Assembly: GCA_013265495.1 (NCBI GenBank)
Contig: MU058796.1
Span: 1-64,000 of the forward strand
Direction of reading: 5' to 3'
DNA from: Vicugna vicugna
Lineage: Eukaryota
DNA: 64,000 nt
Every line of letters starts with the position of its first letter. The first letter of the stretch is position 1. Shown piece by piece: positions 49,285 to 62,995 of the stretch. The position numbers and the translations under genes were made by a program. The notes beneath the pieces were generated by a model. The model was not told the DNA's origin and did not search any database. It worked only from the letters and a program-made list of their open reading frames with translations.

Positions 49285-51080
49285 GTAAGTCTAAGAATTC
49301 TATGTAGACTTCCAGACCATTACATCTTGAACCATCAGAAATAATCAGATACGTTTTAAATCAGCTGGGAGATAAACTGATCGATTTCATACTTGTAAAA
49401 CATACACTCCAGAGGTAGCTTAATTTTCACATTCATCATTTGTGATTATTTTTCCAGTTTCTCCTTGCCTAAAAAACTGTATCAAACTCAGATTTCCCCT
49501 CAGCAGACCGGCAAGCCTAGACTACTTAATACAAATAAAACCCAAAATGCTTAGAAATGAAATGAGTTGTTTTTTAAAGAGGTTCAGAACAAACACTTAC
49601 GTCCTAAGAGTACAAAAGGATTTGCTTACTTCTTTATCAGATGGTCTCTGGTGGCTGCATTAGCACATCGATGTTTTATGCATTTCACACATAATGTTCC
49701 ATGTGATTATAAAATCCAGACTGTAGAGCTGAATTGAGTTTGCTGAGAATGGAATGGGATGGGAGGAAGAACATGTGCTATTGAGAAAAATCACCCAGTC
49801 CCTTTATCTTCTAGGAGATCTGTGGAAGCCTTTCTTTTGGAAAGTGCTCAAAGACAGATCAAATGTGATAACAACAGTTCACTATCTGAACAGGTCTGCC
49901 CTAGAAATCGTGCTTTGGAAATCTGAGGTGGGAAAGAAAAGCAGTCTGTGCCAAAAACTGATTAAATTTCAGTCATCTATCCAAAGAAGTCCCTAGTTGC
50001 TTGTAAAATGCTCCATATAATTACAGTAACTACTGATTTTAAAGGAATTTACACATTAGCCTTTATCGTGGGACTTCTTCGTGGGTGCATTTCTACTTTA
50101 AAATCAATATCCCTAAAATAAACTTTAATAAGATTTATTAATTTTATCTATGTGGACCTTTTAAAAGTCAATATCAAATAACTTTCTTCAGATTTTTCTT
50201 GGCATTTGAAGAAGCTTAGATACAATCAAATGTCATACCTTCTGTATGTTAAATGATCATTGTTCTATGACTTTACTCTTGCATACAACTTAGCCTAGTT
50301 TTAAACTTTGAAAGAGTCTTGAATCAATACAAAGACTGTTTAAAATGTATGGGTCATCCTGAACATGCTCTCAGTACTGTGGACAAGGGCCATTAGTTGC
50401 TTCTGGAGCTATTATCTTGCTCAGTGTTAGATTTGAGTAACCCAGGGAAGTAGCTTGACGGCCCCCAGCTGACCTTGCACCATGGTGGCTAAAATCACTT
50501 TTTGGAAAAAAAATCTACAGATTCTATAAAAAGCAAAAAGGCTTTTAGAAAGTTGTGTCTCAGAGAAGAACGAGAAACCACAAATTTCCAACATTTTTCC
50601 TTTTCAGAAGAAACCTAGCACCAACATATCCTCACACAGTGTCAGTAGAGAAGACAATACACTCAATAGCTTCACGTTAGGTGGCTACAATTTTAATCCA
50701 AAGAAGGGTAAATTGACAGTTTTCATTGGAAGGAAGTCAGAACTCAGAAAGTACAGTCTTCATTGATGCCAGGAAAATTCTAGCAGTAGAGCATAAAGGA
50801 AACATCAAATTTTGTTACCCATTAAATATGAAACTTGATTTAATCTTAAAATCTCAGACATTTGTAAACATAATAGTAAAGCCAACCTCCCATCCCTAAA
50901 AGAAAGGTAAAAATTAAATCTCAGAGCTAGATTGGAAACTTATTAAAAGCAATAACTGTCTCCTTTTTTTTTAATCTCTACTCCTCCTCATAATATCTAG
51001 CTTGTTGAACTATAAATTCTATGTAGTAGATGTTTCTATACTGTCCTGGAAAACCTATTATAAAGTGAATTCATAAGATT

Positions 51081-51358
51081 TTTTGTTTTACTTTATTGAT
51101 TTAATCTTTTGTTAAATTACGGTGTTTTTTAACATTTTTTATTGATTTATAATCATTTTACAATGTTGTGTCAAATTCCAGTGTTCAGCACACTTTTTCA
51201 GTCATTCATGGACATATACACACTCATTGTCACTTTTTTTTCTCTGTGAGTTATCATAACATTTTGTGTATATTTCCCTGTGCTATACAGTATAATCTTG
51301 TTTATCTATTCTACAATTTTGAAATCCCAGTCTATCTCTTCCCACCCTCCACCCCCCT
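51081..51358 (-). mobile_element. very short young L1 3' end (same family as 18237-19832) with 16-bp TSD
   Basis: Closely similar to 18252-18470; identical flanks GTGAATTCATAAGATT at 51065-51080 and 51359-51374. Confidence 0.95.
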
Positions 51359-51750
51359 GTGAATTCATAAGATTGAAACTGTACTGGTTAGGCATACCTT
51401 AAAAAGATAATTTAGTAGGTTGCCAAGGTAAACATCACATCTTTCTACTTGGATAAAATAGAGAGAACAATATTCTAATACTTTAACATAGCTAACTACC
51501 CCAGGGTAAGGATCACCTCTATTCTAATATCTACATCCACCCAACAAAACAAGAAGGTGTCTCTAGCCACCCTACCCTCCCTTCCACACAAACAGAAGAA
51601 AACCGCTATTAGACATCAAAACATCAAAATGTGTAGATGTGCTTAATTATCGTTTTACATTTCTGCCCTTTACCTGGACTATTTAAATAAGATTTTCATT
51701 TCCTTTGTTATTTGTTAGTAAAGGATATTTCACATGATCTATTGAGAGTC

Positions 51751-52278
51751 TGTCAATCCATATTAGCATAGGATTTGGCTTCTTATAGTGTAAAACCCAG
51801 TTAATAATGGCTTAAACCAGCTTATATCGTTTTTCACGCAGAAGAAGTCTGGAGGTGGTCTGCGCAGGGGCAGTATGGTAGCAGCACAGTCCTGAGTCAT
51901 CCATGAGCTCCTGCTGTCTTTCTGCTCTGCCACCTCCATGCTGGCTTCCCTTCTTTAAGGTTGCCTTATGTTTGCAAGATAGCACTAATGCTCCACCATT
52001 ATGCCCTTTTTCTAAGTACCGGAGAGGGCGAGGGGAAAGGGACTGTATAATCATCCTATTGCTTTCCTCCCAGAATACCACTGCAGCTGCCACACACTTC
52101 CTCCACCACCACCACACACCGAAAGATTCATACTTGTGTCTCATTATCCACCCGTTTGAAAAGAGGCTAATAGTTTGTAGACAGACACGTCGCTGTTCCC
52201 AACAACGCAGGGATTCTGTTATTTAGGAAGAGGAGGAGACTGTATATTACGTGAGTAGTTAATAGTCTCTGTTTGACA
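51751..52278 (-). mobile_element. MaLR solo LTR (MLT1J/K-like)
   Basis: aatggcttaaac...aagaagtctggaggt...ctttctgctctgccacctcc...gggattctgttatttaggaagaggaggaga...aatagtctctg..tgaca. Confidence 0.75.
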
Positions 52279-54723
52279 GTCTTTAAACTTGCTTCTTCAA
52301 TGTGCTTCCAAAGTGGCTTACTTGTAGGACCTGTAACCTCAAATTTAATGCAAAATACTTCTCTAAAAAGCTAGATGGAGATTCTGTTAGCTGAGATCTT
52401 TCAGCTTCATCTGCCGGCCTGAGCAGCATCGCATTTCAGAAGTGAGAGCTCTAAATATAAAATGCAACTCTGAAGTAATTTGATTTAATTAAAACTACTC
52501 GAGCCACCAACTGTTTTTTAGATGCCAATTTATTTTTCACTTCTGAAACTTTGAGGTGATAGCCTTTCGTGGTTTAAGCAACTTATTTTCAGAGCTTAAG
52601 AGAATCAGGGAGAAAAATTGTTGATTTCACACTAAAAAGTATTCCTATTCTGTTTTGCCTGAGACACTGTAGTTACCAGCACGTTACTGTATTGCTCTAG
52701 AAATTGTGATCTTTACAGATTGTCATTTGACAACTGTGCCAGTGCAGGTTCTCTTCTTTTGCTTTTCACATTTCTGATGATCAGTTTTTAATTTGAGTCA
52801 AGGTAAAATAGAAAATTGTCATTTTGATTAAATTGCTCTTAAATAAATGGCAATACTTTTGCTCATCCAAGAAGCTTTTTAATTTCTAGCTGGCATTTGC
52901 CATAAGCTAATGAACTAGAACATCACAAGATTAAAGAGTATTAAAATACGAATTTTCCTGACCACGTTTAGCATCTCATCATCGTGATGGGGATGGCCAA
53001 AAATATCTGAAACATGCTGATGTTTTACAGAAAAATAGGGTCAGAAGATAATCTCAAATACTGACCCAACGGGGATTAATTCAAACAGATTTCTCAAATA
53101 GTCACATGTCAGTGAATGAAACACATGTGATATACTGCCTGGTTCATGACATCTGTGGGTCAGAGCCGATTAAAGAGAAGAGACGCCATACATTTTTATA
53201 TTAACAGGTATGCACATTTCCTCGGAGAATATTCTATTGCTGGGGAACAAACCAAGACTGCAACTCTAATTTATCTAATTGAAGTCTAAAAATATTTAAG
53301 GTATTTTCCTTGATCAGAGGCAAAGTATACTGCAGGGGTTAGTTATCTAGAGAATTTCGATATCCTTAGGAGAGAAACTATTATTTTAAACTGGGCTATC
53401 TTTAAAATTTAGTCAAATTAATGGATCTGTTCTATTCTATCATGCCAGTATCATCTAAATACGTAAGGGCTGTTAACACATGGCATACCTGATCATCATC
53501 ACTACTGGCTGCCAACAGATGTATCAGTCAACAGCAAATGTGTTCTAATCATATCCTGGAAAGAACTGTTTCACACCTTTGGAGGCTGACATCTGCACCT
53601 TGTAGAAGTGCAAAAAAGTGTTTAAGGTCAGCATTATTGGTATCTGCTATGTGCATTTGAGAAAATACATAAGGGTTGCTCAGAGGATGTTTTGAGGAAC
53701 TCAGAACACATTAATAACTGTTGTTACTAACATTTTTAAAGTTTAGCAACATAGATTAATTTGGTTGATAAGTACATACATTGCTGAATCATACATTTCA
53801 TGATTGCTGGAACCATGTCTTAAATTTATTTGTGTGTCCCATAATACCTGACACAGTACTTGGTAAATTGTATGCTCTCAGTAAATATTTAATGATAATG
53901 AGTATTTTACTTTACATCTAAATCACACCAATGCATCAATTGAAAAGAAGAGAATTTTTGACATTTAGATCTCTTTCTGTGTACTTGTCCCTCACTTAAT
54001 TTCTTTTAAAAAATCAGATAGTATAGAACTGCCCTGAATAATAAGAAATATACAGGAATGATAAAGACAATGGATATTAAAGAGATATTTCACATTTCAA
54101 AGTGAAACAGATGATTTTGGAATTAATTCATGCTATTAGTTAGGCTCTAAAATATGCTTAGGTGAATTTTGACCCTTTGTGCTTGCATTATTTTTTTTAT
54201 TTTGGGACCATGATATCCAAGCAAAAGAAATACAGATAATACTATATCAAGTCACAGGCATGATAAAACAATGAACAAGTGCTCATCTTTTTCACCATTA
54301 GTGCCTCCATGTTATGTTTATTTTCCCCAAATAATTATTAGCTCTATATAAATAATATACTTTATTCCCTTGCTAGTGGAAAATGATGTTTGACATTAAG
54401 GAAAGGTCAGGTATCATGAATGAGAAACCACAATGAGCATTGCCTTTCAGGATTATTGAATTAAGAGGTACATATATTTGACAAAGTATAGAAATCAAAT
54501 AGCTGCCATGTTTGCAATGCCCTTTTACATGCCATAGATTTATTGACATTTACTAAATATAAAAAAAAAGTTGGAACTGTGAATGCTTAGTATGCATTAT
54601 GATGAAAACCTAATATCACTTCCCTGAAGATTATATGAGAACATTTTAATCAAGGTAAATTCAGCAATTGATTGGACATCAGGTTAGAATATAAGTTAAA
54701 CTGGGTATTTAACTTTAGAGAAT

Positions 54724-54748
54724 ACACACACACACACACACACACACA
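54724..54748. repeat. (CA)n microsatellite
   Basis: About 12 perfect CA units. Confidence 0.95.
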
Positions 54749-55934
54749 AAATTAGTTAAGTCATTTATGTCAGTTAAGTGTCTGTTGACCTAAGTACTAG
54801 TTAAATCCATATTACACCCGCAGGCACACACCAACACATACTTGCTATGGGCTCAAGTCATACTTGATATTTTGATGTGACAAATGGATTCTGCAGTTCA
54901 CAAAGGTGCTTACTGCTGTAGATGTCATGCTGGTAGCTTTCCAGCTGAAATGAGAAGAAAACAATTGTCCAACTTCACACCTTTCATTTAAGTGCAAAAT
55001 CAGAATGTAGATTTTACATTCAGAACTAAGATGGGAGAAGTCAAAATAAATATATACATTCAAGGTTCTAGAATATTTACTCTCACAACTTTTTTTCCCA
55101 TTAGACAACACAATTTCTACCCTAAGTTCTTGAGTCTCCCATTTAATTACCAGTATATTTAATCAGCAAAAGAAATATTTTTTGTGGAGATTGGGGTGGG
55201 GGGAAGTAAGAATCTTCAGAGTTTTCCTAGTCTTTCATGTGCAAATCAAGTGGGGTACCTTATGGGTCAAGTCAATACATGTTCATCAGATTTAGTGATA
55301 TCCATGTTCCAAGAGTTTCAGGAATATTAAATTCAAAATTCCTCATGGAAATACAGTGTATTCCCAGGTAAATGTTCTTGTTTGCCATTACCTGAATGAT
55401 GACATGGCCTTTGAAATTTATACAAGCTTAAAGTGTACCCAAAATGTTCGACTCCTCTGAGAAAATATATTATTTAATTGTATAATGATGATGCTTTATA
55501 TGAAATCAAACCAAATACCCCTAATATAAATGTCTGTTGCCTTATTTTCCCTAGTAATACATCAGGGCAAGAAAATTAGTTTTAAAAAGAGGAAGAGAGG
55601 TGGACTTTTTTATGAAATTTGAGTTCAGGAGTTTTAGAGGTTTTTCCTTCATTTTTAAAAACTGTATGTTTGTCTCTAGTTTTGTTTTGGTTTTTTCCTC
55701 AGAGTAAAATGAATCATTCCTGGATTGTGATATTTCACAATGAAGTGAGCTTAGAGTTCATATACCAGAGAGAATAGTGGCCTGAGAATTAAGAAACTAG
55801 TTTCTGAAATGAACTCTACCATCATCTAGTTGTATAGCTTTGGGCGAGACACAAAACCTCTCTAGACCTTATAGACATTGTTCATGATGTTGTAAAGGGC
55901 AGATATTAGATAAATCATTTAAAGGCATTTATTA

Positions 55935-56400
55935 TGTTAGGGCTTTGCTTAGCAGCTACCAGCTACACAGAGGACTGAAAGAGAGTTAACTCAAATGCCT
56001 AGTTTTTATTACCAACCAGGGCTCCTATCCTGAATCTGCTCTTCTACTTAGAGAAAGTAGACTGATAAAAATGGAGAAATAACAGAAAAACATTTTTTGT
56101 TTGTTTATTTATTCTTAGAGCCTAAACCAGCATCACGCCAAAAGACCCAGCTCTTTAGCTACCTTTACCTCAGGGACCTCCCTCACCTTCTTAGCCTTCA
56201 GAGTTAAGGGTTCACCAAATCATCTCCTGTGACCCCCTAAAAAGATGTAATTTCCAATCCCAATGGAAAGTGACAGGTGGGATATTGTTCTGTGGTAGCT
56301 CATCCCTTGGGGACATTTTGACTCAGAAACGCCATCAGGAATCTTTCCTGTCTGCTTAGTTTCCCAGAGCCCCCTTTGAGTAATTTAAGTTTGGATAAGA
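55935..56400 (-). mobile_element. probable ancient LTR fragment (LTR78/79-like, uncertain)
   Basis: Minus strand gtagctaaagagctgggtcttttgg...AATAAA...ccctaaCA end. Confidence 0.4.
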
Positions 56401-57074
56401 GTTTTTCAATGGCATCTTTGAGCATTTCAAAATTAAAGCAGAATGATTACATACAGTTCTAGAAGCACTCTGTTTTTGTTTCAGTTTTGCCATTTATTGC
56501 CTCTGTAACTAAGTTACTTGATTTCACCAAGTCTTACTTTGCCCACTTTTGAATTGCAGATCATAGGAAGACCTCCCTGCATACCTGAGCTTTAACCCCT
56601 TGCTGTGTTGACTCCATAACCCATGCTCTTTAACACTACACTGCTTCCTACCCTACCCATTGTGGCACCTTTCCTCCCAATTTCCATAAAAATGATTCTC
56701 TTTGACTTATCTGATACTTCCTAGAGGAGCACATAGGGAACATATGGAGTAGAACATTTTTTTCTTTAGATGAAAACATAATCTGGGTTTGGCATATATT
56801 TGGTGCCAAAAAAGTATTAGTAAACTTTTATGCCTGCAAGATCACCCAGCACAGCACCTTGCCCAATACAGATATTTAATATATGCATGACCAGTGAGTA
56901 AGCTCTCTACTTACTTATTGCCTTACAAGTCACATGCAGAAGGTAGCTAATTGCTGGCTTTCACATTGTCCTTAACCATAATGCCTTGCAAGAATCACTG
57001 TGGTATGAGGTAGGTTGGTCAGTCATATGGCCAGGAAACCAAGAAGGTAGACTTGGAACAAATGTGGGCTTCCA

Positions 57075-57500
57075 GCATTCATTTATGCAATAAATATTTA
57101 CTGTGATATTATTATGGGACAGTGAACAATACTTTGCCCTTGTAGGCATTCTTGTTAGGGAAGACATTCAATAAACAAGGAAACAAATAAATGAACCAAT
57201 TACTGTTAGAAAGGAAGTGGTTAGAAGACAGTTTCCAGAGGGTGATGTGATAGTGATGGCAGGGGTGGGAGCTATATCTGGTCCTATATGTGGAGGTAAC
57301 TTTAAGCTAAGATCTCATGACAAGAAAGAATAGACACAGGAAGGTCTAAGAACATCCCATTTAGAGGAACAGCAACAGAAAAAATACTTGGAAAAGAGAA
57401 AGAAGATCCACATGGCTGGTGCTCACTGATCCAGGGAGAGCATGTGACCCAGAGGAGATCAGAGAAGTGGATAGGGCAAGACCTCCTCAACAGAGGAGTA
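57075..57500 (-). mobile_element. L2 3' fragment
   Basis: cattcatttatgcaataaatatttact...gaggtaactttaagctaagatct. Confidence 0.65.
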
Positions 57501-57534
57501 AGTGTGAGGTGGAGAAAAAGAAAAAAATCAATCT

Positions 57535-57780
57535 GGCGAAGTGGCCAAAGCCACATTTGAGCACGTGTGGTTTCAAATCTCAGCTCTATCCCTTGCTACT
57601 TGTGAGACTTCAGGCAAGTCACTAAAGCTCTCTGAACCTCAATTCCAGTCAGTAGAATGGAAATAAGAATAATTATTCCTCACACGTCTTGTAAGAGTTG
57701 AGTGAGATAGTGAATGTAAAGAGCCTAACTCAGCACGTCACATACGATAAACTCAACAATCATAGTAATATGTTACTATA
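57535..57780 (+). mobile_element. MIR SINE
   Basis: ttcaaatctcagctct...gtgagacttcaggcaagtcactaaagctctctgaacctcaatt...gagttgagtgagata.tgaatgtaaag. Confidence 0.85.
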
Positions 57781-58134
57781 ATTCTTACTGTGATGAAGTG
57801 GTGGTGATGGCATCATGGCATTGGTGGTAGTAGCAGTTATCTCCAGTTTTCTTTTTTTCAGTCTAAGATCTCTTTTATTGAAATAAAGTAAAATTTATAT
57901 GGCAGCTTAACCAAAGTGCAACATGATTTCACTCTCTCTATTTATGCATGGAAGTATGAAAAATAAATCCCTTGTACTAGATTCTGGTCACTAGAAGAAT
58001 ACCCAATATTACCGTTATCCAATTTGCCCTGGATATGAGTTTGCTTTTGATCTCAGCCTTCAGATCCAGGATTCATGATAGGATGCAAGGAGCATTAGGT
58101 ATGGGGCCTTCCCCGCTATTCCCAGAGCAGCCAG

Positions 58135-58310
58135 CCAAGGTTTTGACCTGGCTCCACCACTTGTCCGCGTGAGCCTATTCCTCATCTCTGCAAACAATGC
58201 CTAGATCTTAGCAGTCTTGTGAGCATTAATTAAATGATGCATATAAAGTGCATATTACAGGGTTGTTTTCCACATAAAATGAATTCTCAAAAATATCAGC
58301 TGTTATTGCC
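58135..58310 (+). mobile_element. MIR SINE
   Basis: cctggctccaccactt...ttcctcatctctgcaa...gtgagcattaattaaatga. Confidence 0.65.
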
Positions 58311-60026
58311 TATTGTTATGACCAGTCAGCCAGTCTTTCTGCCATACTAGTTTTATTCCTTTTAAATACTTTCCCTAATTTTAGCATGAAGGATTAGAAA
58401 ATGATTTCCATGTTGTAACCTTCCCAAGTATAACCTAGATATTTTTATCTTAGTGGTTTAAAAGAAATGCCAATTTTACAATTACGATTTTCTGGCCAAT
58501 ACATTGATAAGTTGTATGTATATTTTTCCCCCAAAGGCCTTAATAAAACAAAGCAAAACAAACAAACAAAGACCCAAAGAAAATAGTTTGTTAATATTTA
58601 AATGAGGCCATCAATGGGTAGTAGATTTCAGGTGATTTTTACTGTATTTTTTTATGGCCCATTAACACATTTATTTTCCCAGAATTGGCACTTGTAAAAA
58701 AATGGTTGCTCACCTCTGCCTGAAGTCATTATCACACATTGATTATCAGTCAGCACCTTAGAGGGATTAGTTGCCAGTCAGAGACAGTTAAGAATTCTCA
58801 CACAATTGATGTGTGGAAGACAGTGGAAGCTGAGGGGCAGGGGAAAGTGTTCTAGGAAAATGGAATAGAAAGATGTCTATGGTGACGATTAAATGAAGTG
58901 GGGTATGTCAAGGGCTAAATATTCCTTGGCTCCCATGCATTCTGTTACCTCTAATGAGCCTTCCTGACCTGTAACTAACCATCACAAATTCCTCCTTTCA
59001 GAAATGAAGCGTTTAAGTAACTTGCCCAAGGTCACCTATGTAAAAGAGCCAAAATATTAAACCAAATTGATTGACCCAAAACCTGATGAATGTTGCCATA
59101 ACAATAAGATAAAGATATGTTTTCTTAAGTGTTTACATGTGCTTTTGCATTAAAACACACACATGTGCACGCGCGCACATGCACACCTTTTTGTGACTTA
59201 TTTCGCCTGATCCTTACACATACAAAACAAAAAACCTGTTAAATATCATTGCTCCATTGTGCAGGTGAAATTGCAAAGCTCAGCACATGCACGTAATTTC
59301 AAATCGTATAGCCAGAGTTGGATCTTGAAACAAGTTTCTGTTAGTGCAGTGTCCTTCTAGTACATCACACTGTATTCACTCACTTATTGATTGCACACAC
59401 AAAATATTAAAATGCAGTCTACATAAGCCAGTCACTTAACCCCAAATCAAGAACTCTGATTCTTGTTCGCAAAAAAACTGCAGTTTAATGTGAGAAGTAA
59501 AATTTGCCTGCACAAAAAGAACTTAAAATCCCTTTGATGGTAGAGATAAGCAAATATAGAATTAAGCATAGTTTGCATGTTTGATTCCAAATGCTCCCAC
59601 ATTACCTCTCATCTCCATTTCCCCCTTATACTGGTCATTGAAAACCAGTTTTGGAAGGAGGAATACAATGTATGCATTTCTTCCTTCAGCTGTCCCACTT
59701 TTCACTGATTTTGAGATTCCTTCCTTCCTTCATTTAGTCTACTTTTATTAAATCCTACAAATAGCCAGACTTCTTTACCAAGCCCTGGGGCCATAGTCTT
59801 AAAAACAGATACCACCTTTCCCTTAGGGAGTTTACCAGTTCTTACGATGTTTAGTGGAAAAGGTTTAGTTCAGTACATGGTAAAATTAGTGGAGTCTAGG
59901 TTCCAAAATTTCCTAACATTTCTTCTATTCAGCAAGTCCCTGTTTTAAGTGTGGCTGTTTGTGAGATAAGAGATTATTATCTTAGTCCCATTGTGACGAT
60001 CTTCACTTTGTCATTCCTTTCATTCC

Positions 60027-60249
60027 TTTTTTTTTTTTTTGTATATATATATTTTTTATTGAAATGGTTGATACAACGTTGTGTCAGTTTCTGGTGTACA
60101 GCATGATGCTTCAGTCATACATGAACATATATATATTTGTTTTCATATTCTTTTTCACCATAAGTTACTACAAGATATTGAATATAATTCCCTGTGCCGT
60201 ACATGTATGAACTTGTTGTTTATCTATTTTATATATATTAGTTAGTATC
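60027..60249 (-). mobile_element. short L1 3' end (artiodactyl/camelid type) with poly(A) tail
   Basis: Poly(T) then tttattgaa..gttgatacaacgttgtgtcagtttctggtgtacagcat...tactacaagatattgaatataattccctgtgc; related to the other L1 3' UTRs here. Confidence 0.88.
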
Positions 60250-61589
60250 AGTTCATTGGCCTTGTGGTTTCTCCTCTGCTATGCCAATCTGCTGCTTCCA
60301 GACCTGTTTTACCTCCCTTTCTTGCCTGTAGCATTCAGAACAAGATTTCTGAAAATTATGTGTATAAGATGTAATAATGCTGCTTTTATAAATATACTGA
60401 TGAAAATACGAATGTAACTGAGTGTGATACTAATCAAGGATTAGAGAAAGGAGCATCTCCATAGTAGCTCACTGTAATCCCTCATCTCACTCTTCATATT
60501 GATTAGAAAGTTTTCTAGTTTTGTATGCTAGCCAGACATACAACCAGTTTAGTCTGTAAATCTTGATGGAGCCAGATAATTGTGTTCATCTCCTGATCTT
60601 CCATCTGAAGATCAGGTTGGGAATATTTGATCATTGCCTTGGTAAATTTCTTGTGCTCACTGCCCAGATCACTGAGGGCTGTTAATGTGAAGTGCAGCTG
60701 GGCCTATATATCTAAGGTTGTCAAGGTACAAGGTTACTCTGTTAATACCATAATCCACATGAGTGGGGAGGTGACTCATCCTCACCTGGGGTGTTTTGAT
60801 GATCTGATCCTCCTCTGGAAGGAGTTCATAAACACTGCATGTGTCATTCTAGCACCATGAGATCTCTCAGAGAATACCAGTGGGTTAAGCTGGAATAGAC
60901 CAAGTCATCCTTGTGTTTCTATGGCTGCTAATATATGATCTTCTTTCAAGTTCATCACCAAGTTATTTCACTGTCCAGATATACTTTCTTTTAAGATGTC
61001 CATTAGACTACAGGATTTGGTAGAAAAAAAAATTGCTAATGAAAGTTACCATACATTTGATACAGAGTGTTCTTTTGTTCACAGTGATTCTTAGAACATT
61101 GGACTCTATCAAATGGTCGGTCTCAATCATCTGAGATTCCATTATGTGTATTATAAATTTTGAGTCTGCTGAAGTTTTCAGTCACAGTATTTGCAAATGG
61201 ATATCTGAATAGGGCCAGAGTTCTTAGGTCTGTGAAATATTACTCTCAAATTTTAATTCCTAATGTTTTCCAGTAAACATTTTTAAGTAGAAAAAATAAT
61301 GTACATGTTTGTTCATATGACTATTCTAGAAATTGTCTACCCTGAAAGTGGTGTTAACTTATCACAATTAACATTTCTCTTAGCATAATGTTGTTTTGGA
61401 GTCTAGTCTGGACCAGGCTCTAGCATATTAACTGATAGTAAAGGTTCAAGGCTAACTTTAATTTCACTATGACAGAAATTAAATAACTTAATTAAGAAAA
61501 GGCAAAGAATGCTCAGGGCTCCAAGAAGCTCCTCAAAACTGCAGACATTATTTTAGGCTAACTTTACCTGAAATCTGGAAATTTAATAA

Positions 61590-61810
61590 CAATAGTTAAT
61601 AATTCCATAGCATTCACCATGTGCTATATTGTTATAAGTAACTCCTTATCCCACCTATAGCAAATACTGGTATCTTTCTTTCAAAAATAAGAAAATTGAG
61701 GCACAGAGAGATTATGTCACTTGACTAAATTCAGACAACCTCCAAATGGCAGAACTAAAAATTGAACCCAAAGTGGCTGATTCCAGTGCCCAAACTCTTG
61801 ACAGGCACAT
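61590..61810 (-). mobile_element. MIR SINE
   Basis: aataagaaaattgaggcacagagagattatgtcacttgactaa...aaatggcagaact..aattgaaccca. Confidence 0.8.
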
Positions 61811-61829
61811 GGTACAACTTCTGACTGAA

Positions 61830-62995
61830 CTCTGCTCTTGACCTCTGGGTGTTAAAATGCCCTCTTCTTCTCCTGGCTTTGAGAGTTTTACTCTTTTCTA
61901 ATTCTTCTGTCTCGTTACGCTATTCTTATACATGGAATATTCTCCCATCTTCTCTGTGGCACTAATTCCTAGTCATCCTACAAAACTCAGTTCATGGTTT
62001 ACTCCCTCCCTTGAGTCTTTAGTCTAATTTAGATGTACCCTCCTCAGTGTTTCCAGTGTGCCCTGTGTATCTGTATATGTGTGTGTATACTAATGTTCAT
62101 TGAGCATTAATACGTGCTAAGTATTAATGCCTCCCCATGGATTATTTTGTTCCATCTTTGCAACAGCCCTATAGAGAAGGCACTCCATTTTACAGAAAGA
62201 ATATAGTGATAATTAAGGAATTTGTTTAAGATTGGAATTAATTAATTAATGGTAACTGAGAAAGCCAGGATTCAATCTCAGACAGTGTTTCCAAATACCT
62301 TGCTCTTAAACACCATATCCATATACTTGTTGTATTATAATCATAATACTTATTGTACTGTGGTTCTCATCTTTACTGAAAGAACTTTAAGAGTCAGAGC
62401 CATGACTTGTTTGATTTTGTATCCCCAGTTCCTACTGCATTGCCTAGCAAGTAAATATAGCTTGAAATTTTAACTGTTGTATTTCCAGTTCTTCCTTATT
62501 GGTTTCCTCCTTTTTTCCCTCTCTTTATTCCTTCACCTAATATTTATTTCATGGTGTTTCCCTGTGCTTCAGTTCCTAGTCTTCCCACTCTAGCTGAGAT
62601 TCACTGCTGTGGCTTTAGCTCCCTCCAGTATACTCACGATTTCCTAATACAAGCTACCAGCACTGATGTCTCCTGGAGTTTGCCTTTCCCTTATCTTTGT
62701 ACACACTGATCTTTCTTTCTCGAATGCCTTTCTTTCCTTCTCTGATTTGCAAACTCCAAGTTATTCTTCTGATTCAGCTTTGTTGGGTTCCTGTGTTCTT
62801 TCCTGTATTATTTTATCCACATCTCTGTGATAGCAGGATGTGGTTTGCATCTTGCTACAGTTATGTTTACCTATAACTCTTCCCCCTAGTAGATGATCAG
62901 AAAGAACTGTGCTATATTCATTTCAACATCCCAGTGCCTGGAAGAGGGTGTCACATAAAGTGTGCTCAAAAAATCATTTGGTAAATGAATAAATG
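61830..62995 (+). mobile_element. cluster of L2 3' fragments with a nested reverse MIR (about 62095-62320)
   Basis: L2 tails ttttgtatccccagttcct..cattgcctagca and tcccagtgcctgg...tgctcaaaaaatcatttggtaaatgaataaatga; MIR-like ttgagcattaatacgtgctaag...ccattttacaga. Confidence 0.65.
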
